Shown: one piece after another, positions 21,201 through 31,092 of the stretch
Layout: each line of letters starts with the position of its first letter
How positions within the stretch are numbered: the first letter of the stretch is position 1
Assembly (NCBI GenBank): GCA_965645245.1
Contig: OZ287074.1
Location: 2,418,001 to 2,452,826 of the forward strand
Length of the DNA stretch: 34,826 bases
Direction: 5' to 3'
Source of the DNA: Massalongia carnosa
Lineage: Eukaryota
Position numbers and translations under genes: made by a program
The notes under the pieces: generated by a model
The model's input: the letters and a program-made list of their open reading frames with translations, nothing else
What the model was told of the DNA's origin: nothing
The model's database searches: none

Positions 21201-22720
21201 CACGAGACCAATTCGCCCCCGAAGTCCTGGAAGCCCTTCGTAATAACGAGAGGCATCACAATCGAATCCAATTAGCCGAATGCGAAGATAGGGACGGTAT
21301 CTTGTATTTTCGAAACAAGAAATACGTACCTCGATCCGATCGTCTGAGGCTTCGTATCATTCAACTCGCTCACGATAGCGTCGCCGGCGGACATCCGGGC
21401 CGTTCCAAATGCCATGAGTTGGTAAATCGATCCTACTGGTGGCCCAGCATGCATCAGTCCATCAAGCGATTTATCCGAAACTGCCACACTTGCAGAAGAT
21501 CAAAACCATCCCGCCAGCGCTATCAGGGCTGGCTACGCCCACTCCCCCCCCCCGAGCCCAGATGGCGGGATATTTCCATGGATTATGTAGGCCCCCTGAC
21601 CCCCAGCACCTTCATTGGAATCACTTATCGCTACATCTTGGTGGTTATAGATCGCCTGTCCAAGATGCGACATTTCATTCCTATCACGTCCATGGAAGTT
21701 GAAGACGCCGCCGATGCGTTCTATCAGAATGTCTGGAAACTACATGGGCTTCCCGAAGCCATGGTTTCTGATCGTGGCCCCCAATTCGTCTCCGATTTCT
21801 GGCAGCTCATGTGCAAGAGGCTGAAAATCGACGCCAAGCTATCCACCGGATACCACCCGGAGACCGACGGGCAGACCGAGCGAGCCAACGCCACCATGGA
21901 GCACTACCTAAGGGCTTATGTCAACTACATGCAGGATGACTGGGCACAATGGCTTCCTGGCGCCGAATTCGCCAGCAATAACACCGATTCATCTAGTATC
22001 CTGGCCTCCCCCTTCCTAGCCAACTTCGGGCAACATCCCCGCATGGGATTTGAACCGGAGGAACCCCTGCCGCAAGACCTAACCGCTCAGGGGAGAGCAA
22101 ACCTAGTTGCAGCCAATCAGTTCGTGAATAAGATGCAGGATATCGACACTCATCTTCGAGACGAAATGCTGATGGCCCAAGCTTCGTACGAAGCAACTGC
22201 AAATGCTAACCGACGTCCCTGCCCCCGCTATTTCGTTGGCGATATGGTGTGGCTAAGCACCAGAAATATCCAAACCGCTCGCCCCACAGTCAAGCTGGAT
22301 GACCTAAATATCGGCCCCTACCGCGTCAGCAAGGTGTTTTCCAACCCCTTGATCGTACAGCTGGAGCTTCCCGATACCGTCAAAATCCATCCCGTCTTTC
22401 ACGTCAATCTGTTGCAGCATGATGCCAATGACCCCCTCCCCGGGCAGAGACCGGAGCCTAGAGACCCCGTCATCGCCGAAGATGGCCAACGAGAATGGTA
22501 TGTCAATAGGGTATTGAATTCCAAGCTCGACCGACGTTTTCAACCCCCGCTTCTGAAATACCTAGTGGGTTGGGAAGGGCATCCTTCCACCTGGGAGCCT
22601 TTCAACTATCTCATCAATTGTCAGCAAGTCATAGACGAATACCACCAAGCCTATCCCAATGCGGCCGGCCCTCATCTAAACCCCTGTCAAATTCCCCGTT
22701 GCCAATGCCACGAGGCATAG
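18263..22720 (+). CDS. pol: Pol of element D (PR-RT-RNaseH-IN-chromodomain), probably via -1 frameshift
   Basis: LIDCGASG, YLDD, ETDASDY, HHCC, VSDRGPQF, TDGQTERAN, GPY, EWYVNRVL..YLVGWEG. Frame is -1 relative to gag and open from the G_GGA_AAA site at 18263. Confidence 0.96.
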   Translation, partial: GKSLVSAHRRVQGLPPLLISSCLMASFSPSLRSNTRFSAASALELFESDKTFRDSHMVMTGILRLSRSRIRTYNLIDCGASGFSFIDEKFAHTNQIPLHLLKYPRRLEGFDGQRALSGNITHVAEITMDLEGHVEKLFLYVTGLKNYPIILGHPWLRRHNAIADFGHNTLTFASPYCLTHCCPHPVKLQAVEEEFLTPAESRKIWDEEILEDALGKVINQDTSIRTSITSLEEGEEIPTIKNSIPDNPVKIEESIPLFKTAQHDFTLIKPEINEPEPQPQNPTDEPSRIENAIQQGLPPPKIRYRSPSKLRTSTQRRAHQAARKTTPQMNVCEIGAISFNRLTRKKNHDSFALSMKEIDLFLGKTNPEPLVMKASPSSAPDLIEKAKKPSPAYQPLPSRASPHEKEIHLALFKMNKALTLATAVTREELDAYRESKNVDPAPLLPKQYHEFLDVFSKKKSEDLPPRRPYDHAINLKEGTQAPSQALYGMSRTEIEELRRYLDENLAKGFIRASRSHAASPVMFVKKPGGGLRFCVDYRALNAITIKDRYPLPLIAETLHQLIKAKIFTKIDIIAAFNMLRIREGDEELTAFRTRFGLFESLVLPFGLCNGPASFQHFINDTLHEYLADFCTAYLDDILIYSDNELEHEVHVKKILSRLRDAGLQADITKCKFHVTEIAYLGMIVTTEGIKMDPAKVETVVNWPNLVNVKDVQSFLGFANFYRRFVYGFSDIAGPLTNLTKKETEFLWTDKCQLAFEMLKKAFTSDVILRHFDPDRPIIVETDASDYVSGGILSQYDDDGILHPVAYFSKKHNPAECNYEIYDKELMAIVRCFEEWRPELEGSAFPISVISDHKNLEYFASTKQLSRRQARWSEFLSRFDFKIVYRPGKAGGKPDALTRRSGDLPKEGDDTDERRKFQHQTILKTENLDEEVAKSYLRSILLAPAFLDDADIEEAEPQLDEDLIDPDEDISTELLWEQALTRDQFAPEVLEALRNNERHHNRIQLAECEDRDGILYFRNKKYVPRSDRLRLRIIQLAHDSVAGGHPGRSKCHELVNRSYWWPSMHQSIKRFIRNCHTCRRSKPSRQRYQGWLRPLPPPEPRWRDISMDYVGPLTPSTFIGITYRYILVVIDRLSKMRHFIPITSMEVEDAADAFYQNVWKLHGLPEAMVSDRGPQFVSDFWQLMCKRLKIDAKLSTGYHPETDGQTERANATMEHYLRAYVNYMQDDWAQWLPGAEFASNNTDSSSILASPFLANFGQHPRMGFEPEEPLPQDLTAQGRANLVAANQFVNKMQDIDTHLRDEMLMAQASYEATANANRRPCPRYFVGDMVWLSTRNIQTARPTVKLDDLNIGPYRVSKVFSNPLIVQLELPDTVKIHPVFHVNLLQHDANDPLPGQRPEPRDPVIAEDGQREWYVNRVLNSKLDRRFQPPLLKYLVGWEGHPSTWEPFNYLINCQQVIDEYHQAYPNAAGPHLNPCQIPRCQCHEA

Positions 22721-22763
22721 ATAAGATGGCATCGCAGGAGCTCTGCCTTGAAGGGGGAGCTAC

Positions 22764-23250
22764 TGTCATGAAATGCCTCCGACCTCACCACGTGCCTCTA
22801 TCACGTGCCTTGATCTGATGACTACTCACGGACGTCGTGCCATACCTTCGGGACCCTCATATCATTCTTCGAATTCGCCGATTACTGATCATTAATCAGC
22901 CTCGCATTGATGATTTATTCCCGTCTTTCGACTATTATCATGTCTAATAGCTTCGCATTGATGTTTGACATCTCCCGTCTCCTCGCTGACCCCATCGTGC
23001 TTATTACCGCTATAATGCCCCTCATTCATCATCGCACTGACTAGACATCATTCGCCGCCACCCTAGAAAGATGAATATGGGAGGACAAAGATATAAGAAA
23101 GAAGTCGAATCATGGAAGTTCTGATTCTTTGTCGAACGTCTTGAATAGCCAACCTAGCCTAGCCTAGATTCATAGCTATAGACTCAATCAATAAGCTTGA
23201 CCATCAACCCACCTTGCCTTTGCCCTTGCCCTCGACCTGATTTCGTGACA
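22764..23250 (+). repeat. 3' LTR of element D
   Basis: Direct repeat of 16570-17056, preceded by the PPT. Confidence 0.98.
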
Positions 23251-23255
23251 CGTTT

Positions 23256-23351
23256 AACGTACAGCTTCAACAATTGTGCTCCGTTCTTCAGGAGTATGAC
23301 CATCATTTCCCCCGCGAGTCCGACATGATTCGCCGCGCTCGAGATGCTCTG
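23256..23351 (+). pseudogene. gag: gag of element G, part 2
   Basis: NVQLQQLCSVLQEYDHHFPRESDMIRRARDAL continues ..GDNVRTF in frame across D. Confidence 0.85.
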
Positions 23352-23603
23352 TATAAGAAGGACAGTAGACACTAGTCCTTATGGGTTATAATGCTCAGTG
23401 TGACTGCTAATAGATTGGTAGGTGCTAAAGCTAAAAGCTGATTCCCTGAAGATGGGAATCGAGCTTTCTATATACCCCTTGCGGTCCTATTTACTAACTA
23501 CTTGTCTGGTTACCTGTCTGCCTTGTTGCCTTCAGCTGAGGTCTAGTAGATAGCCTTGCTGCCTTCAGCTGAGGTCTAGCAGATAACCTTGTTGCCTTCA
23601 GCT

Positions 23604-23904
23604 TGTCACGGGGTGACAAAGCACATGCCACGTCGGAACGGGAAGAACTAGTCTTCCGGAGGTGCTAAGAACAGTCATGAGGTAATGGCATTGCGGAAGT
23701 GCATGCCGAAAGCATGACGAAGTCAACATGGTAATCAGGGCAGACAACGTCCGAAGGTGGACTAGCTTAGTTATCAGGAGTAATAGGCATGTCTTTTCGT
23801 TCTACTGTTTCTTTTCTCTTTGTCGAACGTCTTGTCCATTTAGCTAGACAATCAAGTCTCACGTTTGCACCACCTGAATTACTACACGCCCTCGCACCGT
23901 GACA
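23604..23904 (+). repeat. 5' LTR of element E
   Basis: TGTCACGG...CCGTGACA. Direct repeat of 29053-29353. Confidence 0.98.
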
Positions 23905-23941
23905 CTACGTTCGACCTGCTCATTCACCTGGTGCATTCATT

Positions 23942-25111
23942 ATGTCTGTTAATCTCGATCCTCCTACTCCCGTGTCCAACGCGGACGAATTGCTCAAAGC
24001 AGTACAACAACGTCCTCAAGAATGGCTAGAATTTCTTCAACGCATCAGCAACTTCTCCACCAATGCTCAGGAAATGATCGTTTCCTTGGAGCAAGAACTC
24101 GCAGTCACTAAGTCATCCCTCGATGAAGCCAATGTAACCATAGCAGACGCGCAAGCCAATATGGCCACAGGTCAGCTAGTGCTCAACGAACTCCGATCCA
24201 ACCTTGCCACCGTGTCCGCCCAATCCAATAAATCACAACGTTCCACTAAGCATCCCGACCCACCCCTGTATGGAGGTGACAAGTCGGAACTTCGAGGATG
24301 GATGACGCAACTCCGAATCAAACTCAACATCAACAGTGATCACTATCCCACGGAACAAAGTAAGCTGGCCTATGCACTAGGACGTCTAAAGGAGAAAGCT
24401 TTGGAACAATTACAACCCTATCTGAAGGAAAATGGAACAATCGACCTGGCTGACATGGGGACATTCTATAACAAACTGCAATTAGCCTTTGGAGACCCGG
24501 ATAGGAAAGCAACTGCACAAAGGGAACTTCGTCAACTAAAACAAAAGGACAGAGAGTTCTATCTATACCTATCAGACTATCAACGCCTTGTTCCTGACAC
24601 AGGCTATGATGACGAAGCCAAGCGTTCTATTCTTCTAGACGGCCTCAGTGATGAATTAAAGTCCGCTCTGATCACCGTGGACCTACCAGCCTCTCTCGAC
24701 GACACCATCAATGTCCTACAAAAAATTGATAATCGTTTTCGCTCCGTCCAGGCCTCGCTCCGCAAACCATTTGCGTATGGTACGACACGATCTTCTTCTG
24801 CTCCTAGCATTCCGACTCCTAAAGTCTCTTCTGGTACATCTACACCTGGTACATCTACCCCCGCTCCTCGTCCCACTCCCCCTTCGTCCTCCGAGCCGGA
24901 CGTAATGGACTTGTCCACTTCTAGACGACGTGGTCCCATAACACCGGCGGAAAGATCTCGCCGCATGAACGAAGGATTGTGCATGTACTGTGGGGGATCC
25001 GGACATTTTGCCAATTCCTGCCCGGCTTCCAAGGGAAAGTCTAGAATAAAAACATATGAGTTGAGCTCAGTAGCTTCAGAGGAGGAGGAAAAAGCTCAGT
25101 CTCCGGCCTAA
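23942..25111 (+). CDS. gag: Gag of element E (389 aa)
   Basis: Coiled-coil-like N-terminus, KHPDPPLYGG capsid-like motif, VMDLS, CMYCGGSGHFANSC knuckle. Confidence 0.95.
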   Translation: MSVNLDPPTPVSNADELLKAVQQRPQEWLEFLQRISNFSTNAQEMIVSLEQELAVTKSSLDEANVTIADAQANMATGQLVLNELRSNLATVSAQSNKSQRSTKHPDPPLYGGDKSELRGWMTQLRIKLNINSDHYPTEQSKLAYALGRLKEKALEQLQPYLKENGTIDLADMGTFYNKLQLAFGDPDRKATAQRELRQLKQKDREFYLYLSDYQRLVPDTGYDDEAKRSILLDGLSDELKSALITVDLPASLDDTINVLQKIDNRFRSVQASLRKPFAYGTTRSSSAPSIPTPKVSSGTSTPGTSTPAPRPTPPSSSEPDVMDLSTSRRRGPITPAERSRRMNEGLCMYCGGSGHFANSCPASKGKSRIKTYELSSVASEEEEKAQSPA

Positions 25112-28100
25112 GTCGCGGTCGGAGACCAAAGTCGAAAGAAGCTATATCAATTTCGGCATTTTCCCTGTCCAGAGAGCCTCTATCTGAAGAAGATTTAGAT
25201 GGAAGGCACCTTGTTGTCTCCCTTGTTGTCTCCATAGGAACAATCAAAATCAAGACTTATGCTTTGCTTGACTGTGGAGCCTCTGGATTTGCCTTTGTTG
25301 ATTCTTCGTTCGCGCACCAGCATCATATCCCTCTCACCCTCATGAAAGAACCTCGTATCCTCGAGCTCGCGGACGGTCGTCCTGTATCGTCTGGAAAGCT
25401 TACCCACCTTGCCCGCATGAATCTTGCCATCGCTTCACATTCCGAACCCGCGAACCTGCTCGTCACCAGTCTCGGCCATTACCCCATCGTCCTTGGCATT
25501 AAATGGTTACAGATACATGATGTTAGCATAAGATGGGCTTCGAACTCTCTCACCTTTAACTCGCCTCACTGCCGTCAAAACTGTTTGAACAATTCCGAAT
25601 CAAACACAGTCGTCGGCATTACTAATGTCCCAGAACTCCGCGCTGAAAAGCCTCTCGTCGTCGAAAGCAGCACTAGTACGAGTGTTGCTGTGTCAATAAA
25701 CCCTTGTCCCGAGACGGTTAGATTTAACAGGCCCGGCCGGTTAAATCAGCGCGTCCAATCAGAAGCGTCCATCCCGGCCACTTCCATTCCTTCCTTGCCC
25801 GTTACGGCTTCTTCCGCCATGTCCTCGCCCATTCAGACCCCGTCTGTTCCGAGCATGCGCGTTTCGTCCTCAATCAATAAAAATCCACCCATGAACATTT
25901 GTATGATAGGGGCAGCCCCCTTTACCCGTTTGGCAAAAAAGAAAGAGTGTGAACTCTTTACTGTGAACATGAGAGACATTGAACGCGCCCTGAGCCCCAA
26001 GCCGGAGATTGATCCCGCTACCGTTCTGCCAGAAGAGTATCATGAATTTCTTGATTTATTCTCCAAGAAAAGAGCTGATACACTACCTGAACGACGTAGC
26101 TATGATCATAAAATCCCGTTGATGGAAGGCAAGGAACCTAGCTATGGCCCTTTGTATGGCATGAGTCGTGATGAACTGTTGGTTCTACAAAAGTATCTAA
26201 CAGAAAACCTTAAGAAGGGTTTTATTCGTTCCAGTTCTTCGCCTGCTGCGTCCCCGGTGTTGTTCGTTAAAAAACCAGGCGGAGGTCTGCGTTTTTGTGT
26301 TGATTACAGAGCATTAAATGCTATAACGATCAAGAACAGATACCCACTACCTCTGATCAGAGAAACCTTGGATCGCTTGAGTAAAGCAGTCGTCTTTACT
26401 AAGTTGGATATTGTTGCGGCTTTCAACCGTCTTCGTATGGCCTACGGAGAGGAATGGAAAACTGCCTTTCGAACACGCTACGGACTATATGAATATCTTG
26501 TTATGCCTTTTGGGCTCTGTGGAGCGCCATCCTCCTTTCAGGAGTACATTAATGATGTACTTCGTGAATATCTTGACATTTTTTGTACCGCGTACATCGA
26601 TGATATATTGATTTACAGCAATTCTTTGAACGAACATAGGAATCACGTGAAGAAAGTTCTGCAAGCCTTAAGAAAGGCGGGACTGCTATTGGACATATCA
26701 AAGTGTGAGTTTCACGTCACGGAAACCATTTATCTAGGTATGATAATATCGAATGACGGTATTAAAATGGACCCGAAGAAGATTGAGACTATTCAAAATT
26801 GGAACACGCCAGAAAATCTAAAGGATGTACAGGCCTTTATAGGATTCGCCAATTTTTATCGCCGCTTCGTCAAAGGATTCTCTCGAATAGCCGGACCATT
26901 GACAGCACTATCGAAGAAAAAGATACCATTTGCCTGGACGGTCGACTGTGACGAGGCCTTCAAGAAACTCAAGACAATGTTCACTAGTGATGTAGTGCTA
27001 CTACACTTCGACCCTGACAAAGAAAGTGTGGTAGAGTGTGATTCTTCCGACTATGTCAGTGCTGGAGTTCTGTCTCAATTCGATGATAGTGGAGTCCTTC
27101 GACCGGTGGCTTTCTTCTCTCGACGACTTTCTCCAGCAGAGTGCAATTATGAGATATATGACAAAGAACTCCTAGCAATAATTCGGGCATTTGAGGAATG
27201 GAGGCCAGAACTACAAGGATCGGCCTATCCTATTAAGGTAATCACGGATCATAAAAACTTAGAGTATTTCAGCACGACCAAGCTATTGAGCAGACGACAG
27301 GCACGATGGTCAGAGTTTCTCTCACGTTTCGACTTCAAAATCATGTATCGGCCAGGAAAGTTGGGCGCTAAACCGGACGCACTAACTAGAAGATCAGGAG
27401 ATCTTCCTAAGGAAGGGGACATGAGACTAGAACATCAGAATCAGGTGGTACTAAAACCACATAATTTTGAACTACATGCTAACAATGTGCCCCGTGTGAC
27501 CGAGACTTCCCATCCCGAGCCTGAGGTGACTGCCGAAACTGATCCTGATGACGAAAAATCTCTAGAAGAACTCATCACCTTAGGATATGAACATGATCCT
27601 TTACCCAACAAAGTCCTGACTCTTCTTAGAAACGGAATTCGACACAGCAGAGACATTACCCTCGCCGAATGCGAAGATAGAAATGGAAGACTATACTACA
27701 AAGAGCGACTGTACGTTCCCGACTGGCATGAATTGAAGATGAAATTATGCAAGAATTACCACGACAGTCCAGTTGCAGGTCATCCAGGTAGATCTAAAAC
27801 CTTCAGTCTGTTAGCGCGAGACTATTACTGGCCAAGATATCATCAGTTCGTCGCTCGCTATGTTCAACACTGTCATGTATGTTCCCGAAGCAAGCCCTCT
27901 CATCATGCCAAGTATGGAGTCCTCAAGCCACTATCGATACCGGAACAACGTTGGAAAGATATATCCATGGACTTCATTTCTGGTTTACCCGAAAGCGACA
28001 ACAAAGACACTGTGCTAAGTGTTGTTTGCCGACTCACCAAGATGAAACACTTTATATCTTGTAAAGAAACCACTGATGCAAGGACTTTGGCAAAGTTATA

Positions 28101-29040
28101 TGTCGAAAACGTTTGGAAACTTCATGGCCTACCTGACTCCATTGTGTCGGACCGAGGAGGACAATTCGTAGCCGATTTCTGGAAAGCATTATGCGAACGA
28201 CTAAAGATCAATAGTCGTCTATCTACATCCTTTCATCCTGAAACGGACGGACAAACAGAACGGTACAACTCAGTTATGGAACAATATCTGAGGAGTTATG
28301 TGTCATATCAACAGGACGACTGGACCGACTGGCTGCCTATGGCCGAATTTGCAAGCAATAATGCAGACTCCGAGACTACATCAGTTAGTCCGTTCCTTGC
28401 CAATTATGGATTTCATCCTCGTCTCGGTTTTGAACCCATTCAGCGCGAGTCGCCTAATGCACAGGTACTTAGTGCTGACGAATTCGCCAATAAGATGAAA
28501 GAAATTAGTGAACATCTCGGAAACGAAATGCGTTTAGCTCAGGCTAGATATGAAGACTCCGCTAATGCGGATAGACTTCCCGCTCCAATGTTTCAAGTCG
28601 GTGACGAAGTATGGTTAGACGCCCGGCACATAAAGACCAAACGACCCTCCCGAAAGCTAGATTGGAAGAAACTTGGAAGGTTCACTATAAAGAGAGTGAT
28701 CAGCAAGTATGCATACGAGCTGAACCTACCCGCCTCCATGAAGTTACATCCTGTGTTTCATGTATCTCTTTTGGAACCAGTGTCTCAACACCCGCACGTT
28801 GATCAAGTACCCGCTCCATCACCTCCCGTCGAAGTAGAAGGCGAAGAAGAATGGGAGGTCGAAGACATAATGGACTCGCGTTTCTTTCGAAGACGATTAC
28901 AGTACTTGGTGAAGTGGGCCGGATGGGACTCTCCGGACTGGACAGAAGCGAAAGACGTTACTCATTGTGATGACTTGGTGAAGGACTATCATCGATTAAG
29001 GCCTAACAAGCCTGGTGGTCCTCGCGGAGCTCGGACCTAG
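25087..29040 (+). CDS. pol: Pol of element E (PR-RT-RNaseH-IN-chromodomain), probably via -1 frameshift
   Basis: Frame open from 25060 to TAG at 29040. LLDCGASG, YIDD, ECDSSDY, HHCC, VSDRGGQF, EWEVEDIMDSR..YLVKWAGW. Confidence 0.96.
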   Translation, partial: GKSSVSGLSRGRRPKSKEAISISAFSLSREPLSEEDLDGRHLVVSLVVSIGTIKIKTYALLDCGASGFAFVDSSFAHQHHIPLTLMKEPRILELADGRPVSSGKLTHLARMNLAIASHSEPANLLVTSLGHYPIVLGIKWLQIHDVSIRWASNSLTFNSPHCRQNCLNNSESNTVVGITNVPELRAEKPLVVESSTSTSVAVSINPCPETVRFNRPGRLNQRVQSEASIPATSIPSLPVTASSAMSSPIQTPSVPSMRVSSSINKNPPMNICMIGAAPFTRLAKKKECELFTVNMRDIERALSPKPEIDPATVLPEEYHEFLDLFSKKRADTLPERRSYDHKIPLMEGKEPSYGPLYGMSRDELLVLQKYLTENLKKGFIRSSSSPAASPVLFVKKPGGGLRFCVDYRALNAITIKNRYPLPLIRETLDRLSKAVVFTKLDIVAAFNRLRMAYGEEWKTAFRTRYGLYEYLVMPFGLCGAPSSFQEYINDVLREYLDIFCTAYIDDILIYSNSLNEHRNHVKKVLQALRKAGLLLDISKCEFHVTETIYLGMIISNDGIKMDPKKIETIQNWNTPENLKDVQAFIGFANFYRRFVKGFSRIAGPLTALSKKKIPFAWTVDCDEAFKKLKTMFTSDVVLLHFDPDKESVVECDSSDYVSAGVLSQFDDSGVLRPVAFFSRRLSPAECNYEIYDKELLAIIRAFEEWRPELQGSAYPIKVITDHKNLEYFSTTKLLSRRQARWSEFLSRFDFKIMYRPGKLGAKPDALTRRSGDLPKEGDMRLEHQNQVVLKPHNFELHANNVPRVTETSHPEPEVTAETDPDDEKSLEELITLGYEHDPLPNKVLTLLRNGIRHSRDITLAECEDRNGRLYYKERLYVPDWHELKMKLCKNYHDSPVAGHPGRSKTFSLLARDYYWPRYHQFVARYVQHCHVCSRSKPSHHAKYGVLKPLSIPEQRWKDISMDFISGLPESDNKDTVLSVVCRLTKMKHFISCKETTDARTLAKLYVENVWKLHGLPDSIVSDRGGQFVADFWKALCERLKINSRLSTSFHPETDGQTERYNSVMEQYLRSYVSYQQDDWTDWLPMAEFASNNADSETTSVSPFLANYGFHPRLGFEPIQRESPNAQVLSADEFANKMKEISEHLGNEMRLAQARYEDSANADRLPAPMFQVGDEVWLDARHIKTKRPSRKLDWKKLGRFTIKRVISKYAYELNLPASMKLHPVFHVSLLEPVSQHPHVDQVPAPSPPVEVEGEEEWEVEDIMDSRFFRRRLQYLVKWAGWDSPDWTEAKDVTHCDDLVKDYHRLRPNKPGGPRGART

Positions 29041-29052
29041 AAGGGGAGCTGG

Positions 29053-29353
29053 TGTCACGGGGTGACAAAGCACATGCCACGTCGGAACGGGAAGAACTAG
29101 TCTTCCGGAGGTGCTAAGAACAGTCATGAGGTAATGGCATTGCGGAAGTGCATGCCGAAAGCATGACGAAGTCAACATGGTAATCAGGGCAGACAACGTC
29201 CGAAGGTGGACTAGCTTAGTTATCAGGAGTAATAGGCATGTCTTTTCGTTCTACTGTTTCTTTTCTCTTTGTCGAACGTCTTGTCCATTTAGCTAGACAA
29301 TCAAGTCTCACGTTTGCACCACCTGAATTACTACACGCCCTCGCACCGTGACA
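29053..29353 (+). repeat. 3' LTR of element E
   Basis: Direct repeat of 23604-23904. Confidence 0.98.
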
Positions 29354-29607
29354 CAGCTGAGGTCTAGCAGATAGCCTTGTTGCCTTCAGCTGAGGTCTCC
29401 TAGGCGTCTCAGGCCTCCCATGAGATCGAGGCTTATCTGAATAGCTTCAGTTGCTGCCTAACAAACTGGTAAGGCTGATTGCTGATGGCTTAGTATTGCT
29501 ATCCGCCTTATCATGACTAAGCATCCGGATTATCAGTCACCCGGTCTTCTTGGGTGAGTCATCCCAGGAGCTAGCGCAGTCCTGTATTGCCGCGCTATTA
29601 CACTCTG

Positions 29608-29979
29608 CGTCCTGAGATTAAATCAGCCCTTTACAACATGGTTGACAATGCGAGCACCTACTCGCAATTCGTCGATCTCGCAATGCAGGCCGAAGCATCC
29701 GTTAATATGCACACCTCGACCAAGAACTCCTCACATCGCGACTCTCGTCGCGAATAGTCAAGGGATGCCTCGCAAACTCGATCGTCGAAGACTCAGGGTA
29801 AGAATCACAGACGTGGCAAGGGTAACAACAAGCCTACCGAATTTTCCGGCACCTCTGCCAACAAGACGCCTGCCACTGGCGCCAACGCAGAGCCTCCTGC
29901 CGAAGTCACCTGCTATAGATGCGGTGAAAAAGGGCATATCTCTACCCACTGCACCAATCCTCCCAAGCCAAAAAACTAG
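29608..29979 (+). pseudogene. gag: gag of element G, part 3 (zinc knuckle)
   Basis: RPEIKSALYNM..CYRCGEKGHISTHC..PKN*, in frame with part 2. One internal TAG. Ends A_AAA_AAC TAG. Confidence 0.88.
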
Positions 29980-31092
29980 CTGTCGCCGGCGTTACTTCCG
30001 AACCGGTGACTGACCCTAGGAGGCAATTGCCAAGCATGCGCCCCGTTTGCAAAGAGAACCCTCTACGATAGATGGTTCTCGGTTGACTACCCATGGCATG
30101 GGGTTAGCCAAATTCTCTCTTGATGACAAGCTCGAACGAACTCGCTGGTTCGAGGAGACTTTTCTAATAGCAAACGTCTCTCATGAAGTTGTGTTGGGGA
30201 TGCCTTTTCTGAAACTCGGCAACCCGGACGTCCACTTCGCTGAAGGGTCTCTCACTTGGAGAGATTATTCTGTCTCGACTTCTTTGCCAACCGAAAGGCG
30301 CATTGAGTTAGTTGAGCCGGAGACCTTCGCAGAGGATGCTCGGGATGATAAGTCCGCTTGCTTTGTCGTACAAGTAGCCGCCATTCTTGATGCGTTGGAA
30401 GACGCTAGGCGCGTGAACCTACAGGCTATTTCAACTACAGAGGAGATCAAGCTCCCTGTGGAATACACCGATTATGAAGGGGTATTCTCTGCGGAGAAAG
30501 CTGACGAGTTGCCGTCGCTGACCCCGGATGATCACAGAATCGTCCTAGAGGAGGGCAAGTCGCCTCCTCATGGGCCTATCTATAGCCTCGGTCCCACGGA
30601 GTTAGAAGCTCTAAGGGGTTATATCGAAGTCAACCTCAATAACGGGTTCATCAGACCGTCGACTTCTCCTTTGAGGGCGCCTATCCTCTTTATTAGGAAG
30701 CCCAGCGGAGGATTGCGGCTATGCGTCGACTACAGGGGTCTCAACAATATAACGATTAAAAATTGTTACCCCCTGCCGTTAGTAGGCGAGGCCCTAGATA
30801 GGCTCGGCCGAGCGAAGGAGTATACCCAGCTTGATCTCATCCATGCGTACCATAGGGTGCGAATAGCAAAGGGAGACGAGTGGAAGACTGCCTTTCGAAC
30901 TCGCTATGGCCATTTCGAATATCAGGTTATGCCCTTTGGGCTTTCCAATGCACCAGCGACGTTTCAAGCTTTGATTAACAAGGTACTCGCTGAAAAACTT
31001 GATGTTTTTTGCATTGTCTACTAAGACGATATTCTAATTTACACTGAAGAGACTGGTTCAGCGCTCACTGATGCGGTTAAGTGGGTGTTTGA

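Larger units (their letters stand above)
16570..23250 (+). mobile_element. Element D: intact Ty3/gypsy chromovirus, 6681 bp
   Basis: Two 487-bp LTRs (one difference seen), TSD CGTTT (16565-16569 / 23251-23255), PPT GAAGGGGGAG at 22750, open gag and pol. Confidence 0.98.
23604..29353 (+). mobile_element. Element E: intact Ty3/gypsy chromovirus, 5750 bp
   Basis: Two 301-bp LTRs with no difference seen, TSD CAGCT (23599-23603 / 29354-29358), PPT AGAAGGGGAG at 29039, open gag and pol. Confidence 0.98.
23352..29602 (-). mobile_element. Solo LTR F, copy 1 (pieces 23352-23603 and 29354-29602), split by element E
   Basis: Reverse complement of 31093-31588. TSD CTCTG (23347-23351 / 29603-29607). Confidence 0.93.

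Noticed and set aside
25033..25039. G_GGA_AAG as the frameshift site of E
   Set aside because: The -1 frame hits TAG at 25042-25044.
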